Shown here one piece after another: positions 1 through 7,686 of a DNA stretch of 25,114 nt. The notes under the pieces are model-generated. The model searched no databases and was not told the origin of the DNA. It worked only from the letters and a program-made list of their open reading frames with translations. A program made the position numbers and the translations under genes. Where the stretch lies: positions 1 to 25,114 of the IMG/VR virus record IMGVR_UViG_3300032050_000748; one strand, given 5' to 3'. The DNA is from a virus (Duplodnaviria > Caudoviricetes). Position 1 is the first letter of the stretch, and the number at the start of each line of letters is the position of its first letter.

Positions 1-2
1 AG

Positions 3-269
3 GTTAACCCCCAGTTTCTGGTACTGGACAAACAGTTTAAGGGGGCGGGCGCTCGTTTTTCCGCATCCAAAAAACTGGATAAAGACTCAGAAATTAGCGC
101 GTACGCGGACCTGATGGCAGGGAAGCCCGACGGCAGGGATACCTTTGTAAAACCCCAGAAGTTTGGGGTTGAGTACCGCAAGACGTTCAAATCGGGCGGC
201 AAGGTTTCGGCCTCCTCCCGTGCTGATGGTTGCTGCGTCAAAGGCAAAACCAAAGGCACAATGAGATGA
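3..269 (+). CDS. Small basic phage protein, 5'-truncated by the window (not in ORF track)
   Basis: Open frame from base 3, VNPQFLVLDKQFKG...GVEYRKTFKSGGKVSASSRADGCCVKGKTKGTMR*, whose TGA (267-269) overlaps the next ATG (266). Confidence 0.8.
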   Translation, partial: VNPQFLVLDKQFKGAGARFSASKKLDKDSEISAYADLMAGKPDGRDTFVKPQKFGVEYRKTFKSGGKVSASSRADGCCVKGKTKGTMR

Positions 270-499
270 AAGCCCCGCAAAAATCGCTCAAGGATTGGGG
301 TGACCAGAAATGGCGCACCAAGTCCGGCAAACCGTCTTCCAAGACGGGGGAGCGATATTTGCCCGAAGCTGCCATAAAATCGCTGTCACCGGCTGAGTAC
401 GCTGCCACCACCAAGGCCAAGCGTGCTGGCAAAGCCGCAGGTAAACAGTTCGTGGCGCAGCCTAAACGCATCGCCAAGAAAACAGCAGGGTTCAGATAA
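266..499 (+). CDS. Small Lys-rich conserved phage protein (DUF5872-like)
   Basis: Start reassigned to ATG 266 (ATGA overlap); SLKDWGDQKWRTKSGKPS..TGERYLP motif recalled from that family. Confidence 0.75.
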   Translation: MKAPQKSLKDWGDQKWRTKSGKPSSKTGERYLPEAAIKSLSPAEYAATTKAKRAGKAAGKQFVAQPKRIAKKTAGFR

Positions 500-1431
500 T
501 GGCTACTACTTCCGGCGTTTCAGCGTTCAATCTGGATTTGACAGAAATCGTCGAAGAAGCCTTCGAGCGATGCGGGGCGGAGCTGCGCACGGGTTATGAC
601 CTGAAGACAGCACGCCGCTCTCTGAACCTGATGTTTGCAGACTGGGCCAACCGGGGCCTGAACATGTGGACGTTCGAGCAAGGCACGATCGCGCTGACGG
701 CGGGCCAGAACACCTACGCGCTGCCAAGCGACACGGTGGATTTGATCGAGCACGTGATCCGCACCGGGGCCAACAACGTGGCCACCCAAGCCGATCTGAC
801 GATCACGCGCATCAGCGTCTCGACCTACGCCACGATCCCCAACAAGCTGCAGCAAGCCCGCCCCATCCAGATTTGGGTGCAGCGCCTGAATGCCCAGACA
901 AGTCCCACAGGGCTTCAGCTTAGCGGCGCGATCACGTCCACCGCGACAACCATCACGCTTGACTCCGTTGTGGGCCTGCCCGCCGCCGGGTTCGTCAAGA
1001 TCGGCACCGAGATCATCGCCTACGGGTACATCTCCGGCAACACGCTCAACAACTGCGCCCGAGGCCAAGCCAACACAACGGCCGCAGCCCACAGCAACGG
1101 TGATGCGGTCTACTGGGAGCAACTGCCTGCAGTGACCGTTTGGCCAACCCCGGACAACACCCAGCCGTACACGCTGGTGTACTGGCGTCTGCGCCGCACA
1201 CAAGACATCGGTGGCGGTGTCAACGTGGCGGACGTGCCTTTCCGGTTCATCCCCTGCATGGTGGCAGGCTTGGCGTACTATCTGGCAATGAAGCTGCCCA
1301 ACGCAGCGGATCGCATGCAAGTGCTGAAAGCTCAGTACGATGAGGCGTGGCAGCTTGCCCAAGACGAAGACCGTGAGAAGGCCGCTGTGCGGTTCGTGCC
1401 ACGGCAGATGTTCATTGGGAGCGGCACGTAA
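499..1431 (+). CDS. Head-tail adaptor protein (P22 gp4-like) with an inserted beta-rich module
   Basis: N-terminal helical pattern EIVEEAFERCG...ARRSLNLMFADWANRG, later VWPTPD and GLAYYLAMK; TAATG coupling at both ends. Confidence 0.7.
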   Translation: MATTSGVSAFNLDLTEIVEEAFERCGAELRTGYDLKTARRSLNLMFADWANRGLNMWTFEQGTIALTAGQNTYALPSDTVDLIEHVIRTGANNVATQADLTITRISVSTYATIPNKLQQARPIQIWVQRLNAQTSPTGLQLSGAITSTATTITLDSVVGLPAAGFVKIGTEIIAYGYISGNTLNNCARGQANTTAAAHSNGDAVYWEQLPAVTVWPTPDNTQPYTLVYWRLRRTQDIGGGVNVADVPFRFIPCMVAGLAYYLAMKLPNAADRMQVLKAQYDEAWQLAQDEDREKAAVRFVPRQMFIGSGT

Positions 1432-1823
1432 TGGGTAATCGCTATGCGTCAGGCAAGAACTCGATCGCCATGTGCGATCGTTGTGGGTTTCAGTTCAAGC
1501 TGACCGCGCTGCGCAAAGAGGTGATCAAGACCAAGACGTACAACCTGCTGGTGTGCGATTCTTGCTGGGACCCAGATCAGCCGCAGCTTCTGCTGGGCAT
1601 GTATCCGGTGGATGACCCACAGGCGGTGCGCAACCCTCGCAGGGACACCACGTATGTGACGGCGGGCACCAATACAGACGGTTTCAACACCGGGGGTTCG
1701 CGGGACATTCAGTGGGGCTGGAACCCTGTTGGCGGTTCCCGGGGTTTTGACAATGCGTTGACGCCAAATAACTTGGCTTTGACCGTGGAAGTTGGTACAG
1801 TTACAGTTCAAATAGGAGTCTGA
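1431..1823 (+). CDS. Conserved phage protein with Zn-ribbon (CxxC...CxxC)
   Basis: CDRC and CDSC pairs; translationally coupled to the upstream gene. Confidence 0.75.
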   Translation: MGNRYASGKNSIAMCDRCGFQFKLTALRKEVIKTKTYNLLVCDSCWDPDQPQLLLGMYPVDDPQAVRNPRRDTTYVTAGTNTDGFNTGGSRDIQWGWNPVGGSRGFDNALTPNNLALTVEVGTVTVQIGV

Positions 1824-1824
1824 C

Positions 1825-2019
1825 ATGGACAAAAAAGACCTCGCGCAAGACAAGAAGATGGTGAAGTCGGCCGTGCGCAAGCATGAAGCCCACATGCATC
1901 CCGGCAAAACACCGACCAAGCTGAAAGCTGGTGGCAAGACCAACAGCGATATGCTGCAGTACGGCCGCAACATGGCCAAGGTCATGAACCAACGCAGCCC
2001 CGGTAAGAAGGGAGCCTGA
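1825..2019 (+). CDS. Small Lys-rich phage protein
   Basis: AGGAG SD upstream; 64 aa, basic; contains LKAGGK. Confidence 0.75.
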   Translation: MDKKDLAQDKKMVKSAVRKHEAHMHPGKTPTKLKAGGKTNSDMLQYGRNMAKVMNQRSPGKKGA

Positions 2020-2020
2020 T

Positions 2021-2275
2021 ATGGCAACTAAAGCTGGACGCCCCGTTCCGTCGGGGGAAAAAACCACAGCAACTCGTGTTGCTGGCCCACAACCTCGAAC
2101 TGTCGTTACCCCAGTGGTCGGCGTCGAGCCTGCCAAGAAGACCATGCGAGACACCAACGTGTCCGTGGCCAACGTGCGCAGCCAAGACTACCCACCTACC
2201 AAAACCAGCGGCATCAAAATCCGTGGCACTGGTGCAGCCACCAAGGGCGTGATGGCTCGTGGCCCAATGGCGTGA
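2021..2275 (+). CDS. Small basic phage protein
   Basis: GGGAG SD upstream; C-terminal IKIRGTGAATKG motif. Confidence 0.75.
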   Translation: MATKAGRPVPSGEKTTATRVAGPQPRTVVTPVVGVEPAKKTMRDTNVSVANVRSQDYPPTKTSGIKIRGTGAATKGVMARGPMA

Positions 2276-2282
2276 GGTCTGA

Positions 2283-2960
2283 ATGAACTACACCGAGTTG
2301 AAAGCGGCGATCATCGCCTACACAGAAAATCAGGACGCTTCGTTTGAGGCGGAGATTCCTGTGTTTGTGGAGCAGGCTGAGCAGCGCATTTTCAACATGG
2401 TGCAGTTCCCATCGTTGCGCAAGAATGTGACGGGCTCTACCACCAGCAACAACAAGTATCTGGCATGTCCTTCGGACTTTTTGTCGGTGCACTCGCTGGC
2501 AGTGGTGGATGCTTCGGGTAACTACGAGTACCTGCTCAACAAGGATGTGAACTTCATCCGGCAGGCGTACCCGAACCCCAACGACACGGCGTTTCCCAAA
2601 TACTACGCTCTGTTTGGCCCGCAGTCCAACGACATCAATGAACTGACCTTCATCTTGGGCCCAACGCCAGACGCCACCTACGTGGCCGAGCTACATTACT
2701 TCTTTTATCCACCGTCGATTGTGACGGCCGGGACTTCTTGGTTGGGTGACAACTTTGACAGCGTGCTGCTTTACGGTTCGCTGGTCGAGGCGTACACCTA
2801 CATGAAGGGTGAAGTTGACATCATGCAGGGCTACGACATGAAGTTCAAAGAAGCCGTAGCATTGGCCAAACGTCTGGGCGATGGACTGGAGCGTTCCGAC
2901 AGCTACAGAAGCGGCCAGTACCGTTCGCCACCGCTACCTCAAAACAGAGGGGTAAACTGA
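2283..2960 (+). CDS. Second head-tail adaptor/connector-like protein
   Basis: GAGG SD; MNYTELKAAI...AEQRI, PKYYA, LGPTPDATY and LLYGSLVEAY motifs typical of podovirus adaptor proteins. Confidence 0.7.
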   Translation: MNYTELKAAIIAYTENQDASFEAEIPVFVEQAEQRIFNMVQFPSLRKNVTGSTTSNNKYLACPSDFLSVHSLAVVDASGNYEYLLNKDVNFIRQAYPNPNDTAFPKYYALFGPQSNDINELTFILGPTPDATYVAELHYFFYPPSIVTAGTSWLGDNFDSVLLYGSLVEAYTYMKGEVDIMQGYDMKFKEAVALAKRLGDGLERSDSYRSGQYRSPPLPQNRGVN

Positions 2961-2961
2961 T

Positions 2962-3408
2962 ATGTCAATCGTACAAACCGCAACCACTTCGTTCAAAGTC
3001 GAGCTGCCGCAGGGTGTCCACAACTTTGGCCCCACCTCGCCGGACACGTTCAAGATCGCTTTGTATACCGCCGCTGCGGACCTTGGCTATGCGACAACCG
3101 TGTACAGCACCTCCAACGAGGTGACTGGCGCGGGCTATTCGGCCGGTGGCAACACGCTGACCATCACGACCACGCCTGTGGCGGCAAACAACAGCAGCAA
3201 CGTGCCCACGGCATACTTCAGCTTTGCCAACACTTCTTGGACTGGCGCTACGTTCACGGCCCGTGCGGCTTTGATCTACAACAGCAGCGAAGGCAACAAG
3301 TCTGTGGCGGTGCTGGACTTTGGCTCCGACAAGACCGTCAACAACGACACTTTCCAAATCATCTTCCCAACAGCCGATGCCAACAGCGCAATCGTGCGAA
3401 TCTCTTAA
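2962..3408 (+). CDS. Tail-associated beta-rich structural protein
   Basis: FKIALYT, NEVTGAGYSAGG, ARAALIYN and VLDFGSDK motifs; Thr/Ser/Ala-rich; lies upstream of the fibres. Confidence 0.65.
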   Translation: MSIVQTATTSFKVELPQGVHNFGPTSPDTFKIALYTAAADLGYATTVYSTSNEVTGAGYSAGGNTLTITTTPVAANNSSNVPTAYFSFANTSWTGATFTARAALIYNSSEGNKSVAVLDFGSDKTVNNDTFQIIFPTADANSAIVRIS

Positions 3409-3417
3409 GGAGCCATC

Positions 3418-3996
3418 ATGGAACACAGCAAAGCAGCCGACAGCGTTACCGCAGGCATGACCACAAACCGCGCTGGCGGTGAGCGCGTTGGCGCGGGCGG
3501 TGTCTTCACCGTCACTTGCGTGGGCGCAGACGGCAAGGAAAAATGGTCCGACTCGTTCCACAACCTCGTGGTCAATCAGGGTCTGCAGGACATGAACAGC
3601 AAGTACTTTGCCGCTTCGGGTTACACCGCCGCTTGGTACTTGGGTCTGGTCGAAGGCCCCGGCTCCGGCACAACATTCGCCGCTGCCGACACACTGGCCT
3701 CGCACGCTGGCTGGACTGAGTTGGTGCCCGGCACTGCTTACACTGGCAACCGCAAGGCTGTCACGTTTGGCACGGCCACAACGGCTGATCCATCGGTGAT
3801 CACAAACTCCGGCAGTCCATCCTCGTTTGCCATGCTGGTGAACAGCACTGTGGTGGCTGGCGCGTTCTTGGCCAGCGTGAGCAGCGGCACTTCCGGTATC
3901 TTGTTCTCTGCTGGTGACTTCACTGGCGGCGACAAGACCGTGGACAACGGCGACACCCTGAACGTCAGTTACTCTTTTTCCCTTGACGCGGCATAA
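3418..3996 (+). CDS. Tail-associated beta-rich structural protein
   Basis: AAGGAG SD; NLVVNQG, WYLGL and GDTLNVSYSFS motifs. Confidence 0.65.
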   Translation: MEHSKAADSVTAGMTTNRAGGERVGAGGVFTVTCVGADGKEKWSDSFHNLVVNQGLQDMNSKYFAASGYTAAWYLGLVEGPGSGTTFAAADTLASHAGWTELVPGTAYTGNRKAVTFGTATTADPSVITNSGSPSSFAMLVNSTVVAGAFLASVSSGTSGILFSAGDFTGGDKTVDNGDTLNVSYSFSLDAA

Positions 3997-4011
3997 CTAG
4001 ATGGATACACT
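3983..4011 (+). promoter_or_regulatory. Sigma70-like promoter for the endonuclease gene
   Basis: TTGACG (3983-3988), 17-nt spacer, TACACT (4006-4011). Confidence 0.65.
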
Positions 4012-4033
4012 CTAAACTTCAATGTTTGGAGTG
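4008..4033 (+). promoter_or_regulatory. RBS-sequestering RNA hairpin
   Basis: CACTCTAAAC (4008-4017) pairs with GTTTGGAGTG (4024-4033): 10 bp including one G-U, 6-nt loop; the 3' arm contains SD GGAG for ATG 4037. Confidence 0.7.
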
Positions 4034-4036
4034 ATC

Positions 4037-4600
4037 ATGACAAGTTTTAAACGGCTTCTTGGAGTTTGGCGGACCATGCACAACCGGTGCTACAACAAAA
4101 AGCAGAAATGCTACCCCGACTACGGTGGCCGGGGTATTGTTGTTGATAGCCGCTGGCATGGCGCAGATGGCTTCCAAAGCTTTTTGAAGGATATGGGTGA
4201 ATGCCCCGAGGGTGCAACGCTTGATCGCAAAGACAACTCCGGGCCGTATAGCCCTGAGAATTGCCGGTGGGCAACCAGAGCAGAGCAGGCAAGAAACAAA
4301 CGAAACAACCGGTTCATCACCGCCAACGGGGAAACAAAAACACTTCGAGAGTGGGCCAATTCGCTCAAGTGTTCACCTGCTGCAATTTTGTACCGGATAA
4401 ATAAAGGCATGGATGAGGAAAAGGCGGTTACGATGCCAATTCCAAGCAGGCCAAATTCAAAACTCACACTGGAGCAAGCCGTGTACGTCAAAAAAACATA
4501 CCCAACTTTGTCGATGCAGGCGCTTGCAACTCAGCTTGGCGTGAGCAAAAAGTCAATCCTCAATATCGTGCACGGAGTAACTTTCGTGGACGCAGCCTGA
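4037..4600 (+). CDS. Free-standing HNH-family homing endonuclease-like protein with C-terminal HTH modules
   Basis: RC...YGGRGI..V..RW...DMGECP...TLDRKDN.GPYSPENCRWAT..EQARN; C-terminal LATQLGVSKKSILNI HTH; more A/T-rich than the flanks; ATG 4037 has an SD (alternative start 4022). Confidence 0.85.
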   Translation: MTSFKRLLGVWRTMHNRCYNKKQKCYPDYGGRGIVVDSRWHGADGFQSFLKDMGECPEGATLDRKDNSGPYSPENCRWATRAEQARNKRNNRFITANGETKTLREWANSLKCSPAAILYRINKGMDEEKAVTMPIPSRPNSKLTLEQAVYVKKTYPTLSMQALATQLGVSKKSILNIVHGVTFVDAA

Positions 4601-4612
4601 TAGGGGCAAGTG

Positions 4613-5296
4613 GTGTTTGGTGATGTCACTTTTGCCCAAGCACCCTTCGCCTCTTTAGGCGGGAATACGTTCGCCGCCACGCAACCAGAAGCCGCTGCAG
4701 CGGTGGCTTCCTTTGAGGCCCCAAGCGTCATTCGCGGCGGCATCATGAGCGAGACTGCTACGGGCCAAAATACCCAATCGGTCATCGCCACAATGGTGGC
4801 TACGCAGGCTGAAACATCCTCTGCATCCAGCGTTCAGTCGGTCATCGCCAACATGGTGGCCAGTATGCTGGAGCAGGGCACGGCCACAGACGCTCAAACG
4901 GCCATCGGTACGTTCTTGGCATCGCAAGCAGAAAGCACCAGCGCCACAGCCGCTCAAACAGCCATCGGTACGTTCTTGGCCGCGCTGTCGGAAACAGCCA
5001 CAGGTTCGGACTCCATGAATCGGGGCTTGCTGATTTCAGTGGCAATTGCAGAGAGCGCGGCGGGCACGGCAACTCAGGTGTCGCAGGTCATCTTCAATGG
5101 CTCCATCGCGGAAGCTGTGAGCGCACTGAGCACATTTGGCGTCATCAAAATAGCCAACGTCTACCCAACCGGCGTGCAGCTCACCATCAGCATCGGAGGG
5201 GCGCTGGTCTGGGCGGTAATTGACGACAGCCAGAACCCAAACTGGCAAAATATCAACGACGTGCAGTCCCCCGGCTGGACGCAGCTACCGTCGTAA
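4613..5296 (+). CDS. Repetitive tail/fibre-associated protein (20-aa repeats)
   Basis: GTG start (4613, or 4610) giving MFGDVTFAQAPFAS; Ala/Thr/Ser-rich; C-terminal Trp-rich W..IDDSQNPNW. Confidence 0.7.
   Translation: MFGDVTFAQAPFASLGGNTFAATQPEAAAAVASFEAPSVIRGGIMSETATGQNTQSVIATMVATQAETSSASSVQSVIANMVASMLEQGTATDAQTAIGTFLASQAESTSATAAQTAIGTFLAALSETATGSDSMNRGLLISVAIAESAAGTATQVSQVIFNGSIAEAVSALSTFGVIKIANVYPTGVQLTISIGGALVWAVIDDSQNPNWQNINDVQSPGWTQLPS
4778..4980 (+). repeat. 60-nt period coding repeats
   Basis: TCGGTCATCGCCA..ATGGTGGC at 4778 and 4838; CGCTCAAAC.GCCATCGGTACGTTCTTGGC at 4891 and 4951. Confidence 0.85.
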
Positions 5297-5368
5297 GGAC
5301 ACAAAATGGCATTGGCACTCAAAGATCTACCGTCGTAAGGACACAAAATGGCATTGGCACTCAAAGAT
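5285..5368 (+). repeat. Perfect 42-bp tandem duplication spanning a gene junction
   Basis: CTACCGTCGTAAGGACACAAAATGGCATTGGCACTCAAAGAT at 5285-5326 and 5327-5368. Confidence 0.97.
5306..5338 (+). other. 10-aa mini-ORF MALALKDLPS created by the duplication
   Basis: Same AAGGA SD and ATG context as the fibre start at 5348; stops at the TAA inside the second SD. Confidence 0.5.
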
Positions 5369-7684
5369 CGCGTCAAGGAAACCACCACCACAACTGGCAC
5401 GGGCACGGTTACGCTGGCCGGTGCAGCTTCGGGCTTCCAGTCATTTGCGGCGGTGGGCGACGGCAACCAGACCTTCTACGCCATCGTGGACTCAGCTTCC
5501 GGCGACTGGGAAGTTGGTGTTGGCACATACACATCCTCCGGCACTACGCTGTCTCGCACCACGGTGGTGTCGTCCAGCAACGCAGGGTCCTTAGTGAATT
5601 TTGGCGCTGGCTCCAAAGACGTGTTTGTCACATACCCATCCTCACGGTCGGTGTATCTGGACGCTGCGGGCTCCGCCGTCACCACGCTGGACATCGGGAC
5701 TCTGGGCACCAGCACGGCCAACATCACCACGGCCAACATCACGTCCGGCACGGTGTCCACAACTCCGACCAGCGGCAACGACATCACCAACAAGACCTAC
5801 GTTGACACCTTGGCGGCGTCCGGCATTCACTTCCACCAGCCCGTAATGGTTGAAAGCCCAACTAACCTTAACGCAACTTACAACAACGGCACTGCGGGTG
5901 TTGGTGCAACGCTTACTAACGCGGGAACGCAAGTTGAGTTAATTATTGATGGCATCTTCACATCGCCGGGTGATCGCGTTTTGGTTTATAGCCAAACCAA
6001 TCCAATCGAGAACGGCATTTATGTTGTCACAGTTGTAGGTACAGTTTCTACAAATTGGGTGCTAACACGCGCCAGCGATGCTGACACCTATGTAATTAAC
6101 AGCGCAAACGGTCTGAGCGAAGGTTCCACGGTTTTTGTTCAGTTGGGCGCGACAGGCGCGGGTGAGACCTACACCTGCAACACAAGCGGCGTCATCACGT
6201 TTGGCACGACCAACATTACGTTTGCCCAGATTTCATCAGCGCAGATTTACAGCGCGGGCACGGGCCTGAGCCTTTCTGGCACGCAGTTCAGCATCACCAA
6301 CACGGGCACTGCTGGAACTTACGGCGACGCCGCCACGGTGCCGGTGATCACCACCAACGCACAGGGTCAAGTCACAAGCGTCACTCCCACAGCCATCGCC
6401 ATCTCGGGCGCAGCGGTCTCGGGCAACATCTCTGGCCAAGCCGGATCGGTGGCCAACGCCCTGACAGCGGGCACATACCTGACCGCTGCTGGCACATACG
6501 ACGGCTCCGCAGCCCGAACCTTTGCGGTGGACGCAACTGACGCCAACACAGCTAGCAAGGTTGTAGCTCGGGATGCCTCGGGTAACTTCAGCGCGGGAAC
6601 CATCACAGCCACACTGTCCGGTGCAGCTACAAGCGCAACCACAGCAACCAACCTCGCAGGCGGCGCGGCCAACCAGATCGCGTACCAGACCGGCTCGGGG
6701 GCAACGGCTTTCGCTACGGCCCCATCGGCATCCAACCAAGTGCTGAACTGGAACGGGTCTGCGTTCACATGGAGTGCAGGCACCATCTCCGGCGTGGCTC
6801 TGGGCTCAAACCTGAACACCCTGACGTTTGGCACCTACCTGACCGGCACGAGCTACAACGGCTCCAGCGCCGTGACGATTGCCACCAACGCCACCAACGC
6901 AAACACAGCCTCGACCCTTGTGGCGCGTGACGCTTCGGGCAACTTCAGCGCGGGCACGATCACTGCGACTTTGAGCGGTAATGCCACGACAGCCACCACT
7001 GCGGCCAACGTAAACAACGGCACCCTGACCATGAACGTGTCGGGTACGGGCCTGTCTGGTTCGCAGACTTTCACAGCCAACCAAGCTGGCAACGCCACGT
7101 TCACCGTCACCTCGAATGCCACCAGCGCAAATACAGCAAGCACAATCGTTGCCCGGGATGCCTCTGGCAACTTCACTGCTGGAACGGTATCCGTCACAAG
7201 ACTCACTGCAACCCCGAACACATCCGGTGTCAGTACTGGCATTACTGCCGTAAACGGGGATATGACTGCGTACCGCACCGGCGGCACAACCGGTGTGATT
7301 TACCTCAGCAGTTCAGGCTCCAATTATCTCTATTGGGATGCAACCAACTACAACCTAAACGGCGGCAACTTGGTTGTCACGGGTAACGTCACGGCCTATT
7401 CTGATGAACGCCTGAAAAAAGACTGGGCCGATTTACCTGCCGACTTCATCGAAAAATTGGCAAAGATCAAGCACGGCACGTACACCCGCATTGATTCCGG
7501 CGACCGACAGGCTGGTGTATCCGCACAGCGAATGCAAGAGTTTCTGCCAGAGGCGGTTCAGACTGATGAAAAAGGCAACCTCTCCCTCGCATACGGTAAC
7601 GCTGCGCTGGTCGCCGCTGTAAAATTGGCCGAGCGTGTTGTCGCACTCGAAGCCCGGTTAGCCGCCCTTGAGGCGAAAGGATAA
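5348..7684 (+). CDS. Tail fibre with C-terminal peptidase S74 intramolecular chaperone
   Basis: MAL.LKDRVKETTTTTGTG attachment N-terminus; Thr/Gly/Ala/Asn-rich shaft; AY|SDERLK cleavage motif at 7400 and terminal coiled coil. Confidence 0.92.
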   Translation: MALALKDRVKETTTTTGTGTVTLAGAASGFQSFAAVGDGNQTFYAIVDSASGDWEVGVGTYTSSGTTLSRTTVVSSSNAGSLVNFGAGSKDVFVTYPSSRSVYLDAAGSAVTTLDIGTLGTSTANITTANITSGTVSTTPTSGNDITNKTYVDTLAASGIHFHQPVMVESPTNLNATYNNGTAGVGATLTNAGTQVELIIDGIFTSPGDRVLVYSQTNPIENGIYVVTVVGTVSTNWVLTRASDADTYVINSANGLSEGSTVFVQLGATGAGETYTCNTSGVITFGTTNITFAQISSAQIYSAGTGLSLSGTQFSITNTGTAGTYGDAATVPVITTNAQGQVTSVTPTAIAISGAAVSGNISGQAGSVANALTAGTYLTAAGTYDGSAARTFAVDATDANTASKVVARDASGNFSAGTITATLSGAATSATTATNLAGGAANQIAYQTGSGATAFATAPSASNQVLNWNGSAFTWSAGTISGVALGSNLNTLTFGTYLTGTSYNGSSAVTIATNATNANTASTLVARDASGNFSAGTITATLSGNATTATTAANVNNGTLTMNVSGTGLSGSQTFTANQAGNATFTVTSNATSANTASTIVARDASGNFTAGTVSVTRLTATPNTSGVSTGITAVNGDMTAYRTGGTTGVIYLSSSGSNYLYWDATNYNLNGGNLVVTGNVTAYSDERLKKDWADLPADFIEKLAKIKHGTYTRIDSGDRQAGVSAQRMQEFLPEAVQTDEKGNLSLAYGNAALVAAVKLAERVVALEARLAALEAKG
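6530..7186 (+). repeat. Three internal fibre repeats (xATxANTAS..VARDASGNF.AGT)
   Basis: Copies start at 6530, 6887 and 7115; protein sequences are near-identical while codons are diverged. Confidence 0.9.
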
Positions 7685-7686
7685 TC

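Noticed and set aside
230-265. ORF track start at 230 (also 9922 and 12572)
   Set aside because: These extensions overlap upstream genes; coupled starts at 266, 10003 and 12584 fit better
3997-4609. Group I intron around the HNH gene
   Set aside because: Only about 40 nt upstream and 12 nt downstream are non-coding, leaving no room for a ribozyme core, and the flanking genes are complete
5285-5368. CRISPR mini-array
   Set aside because: Two abutting copies with no spacer; the unit is made of ordinary gene ends
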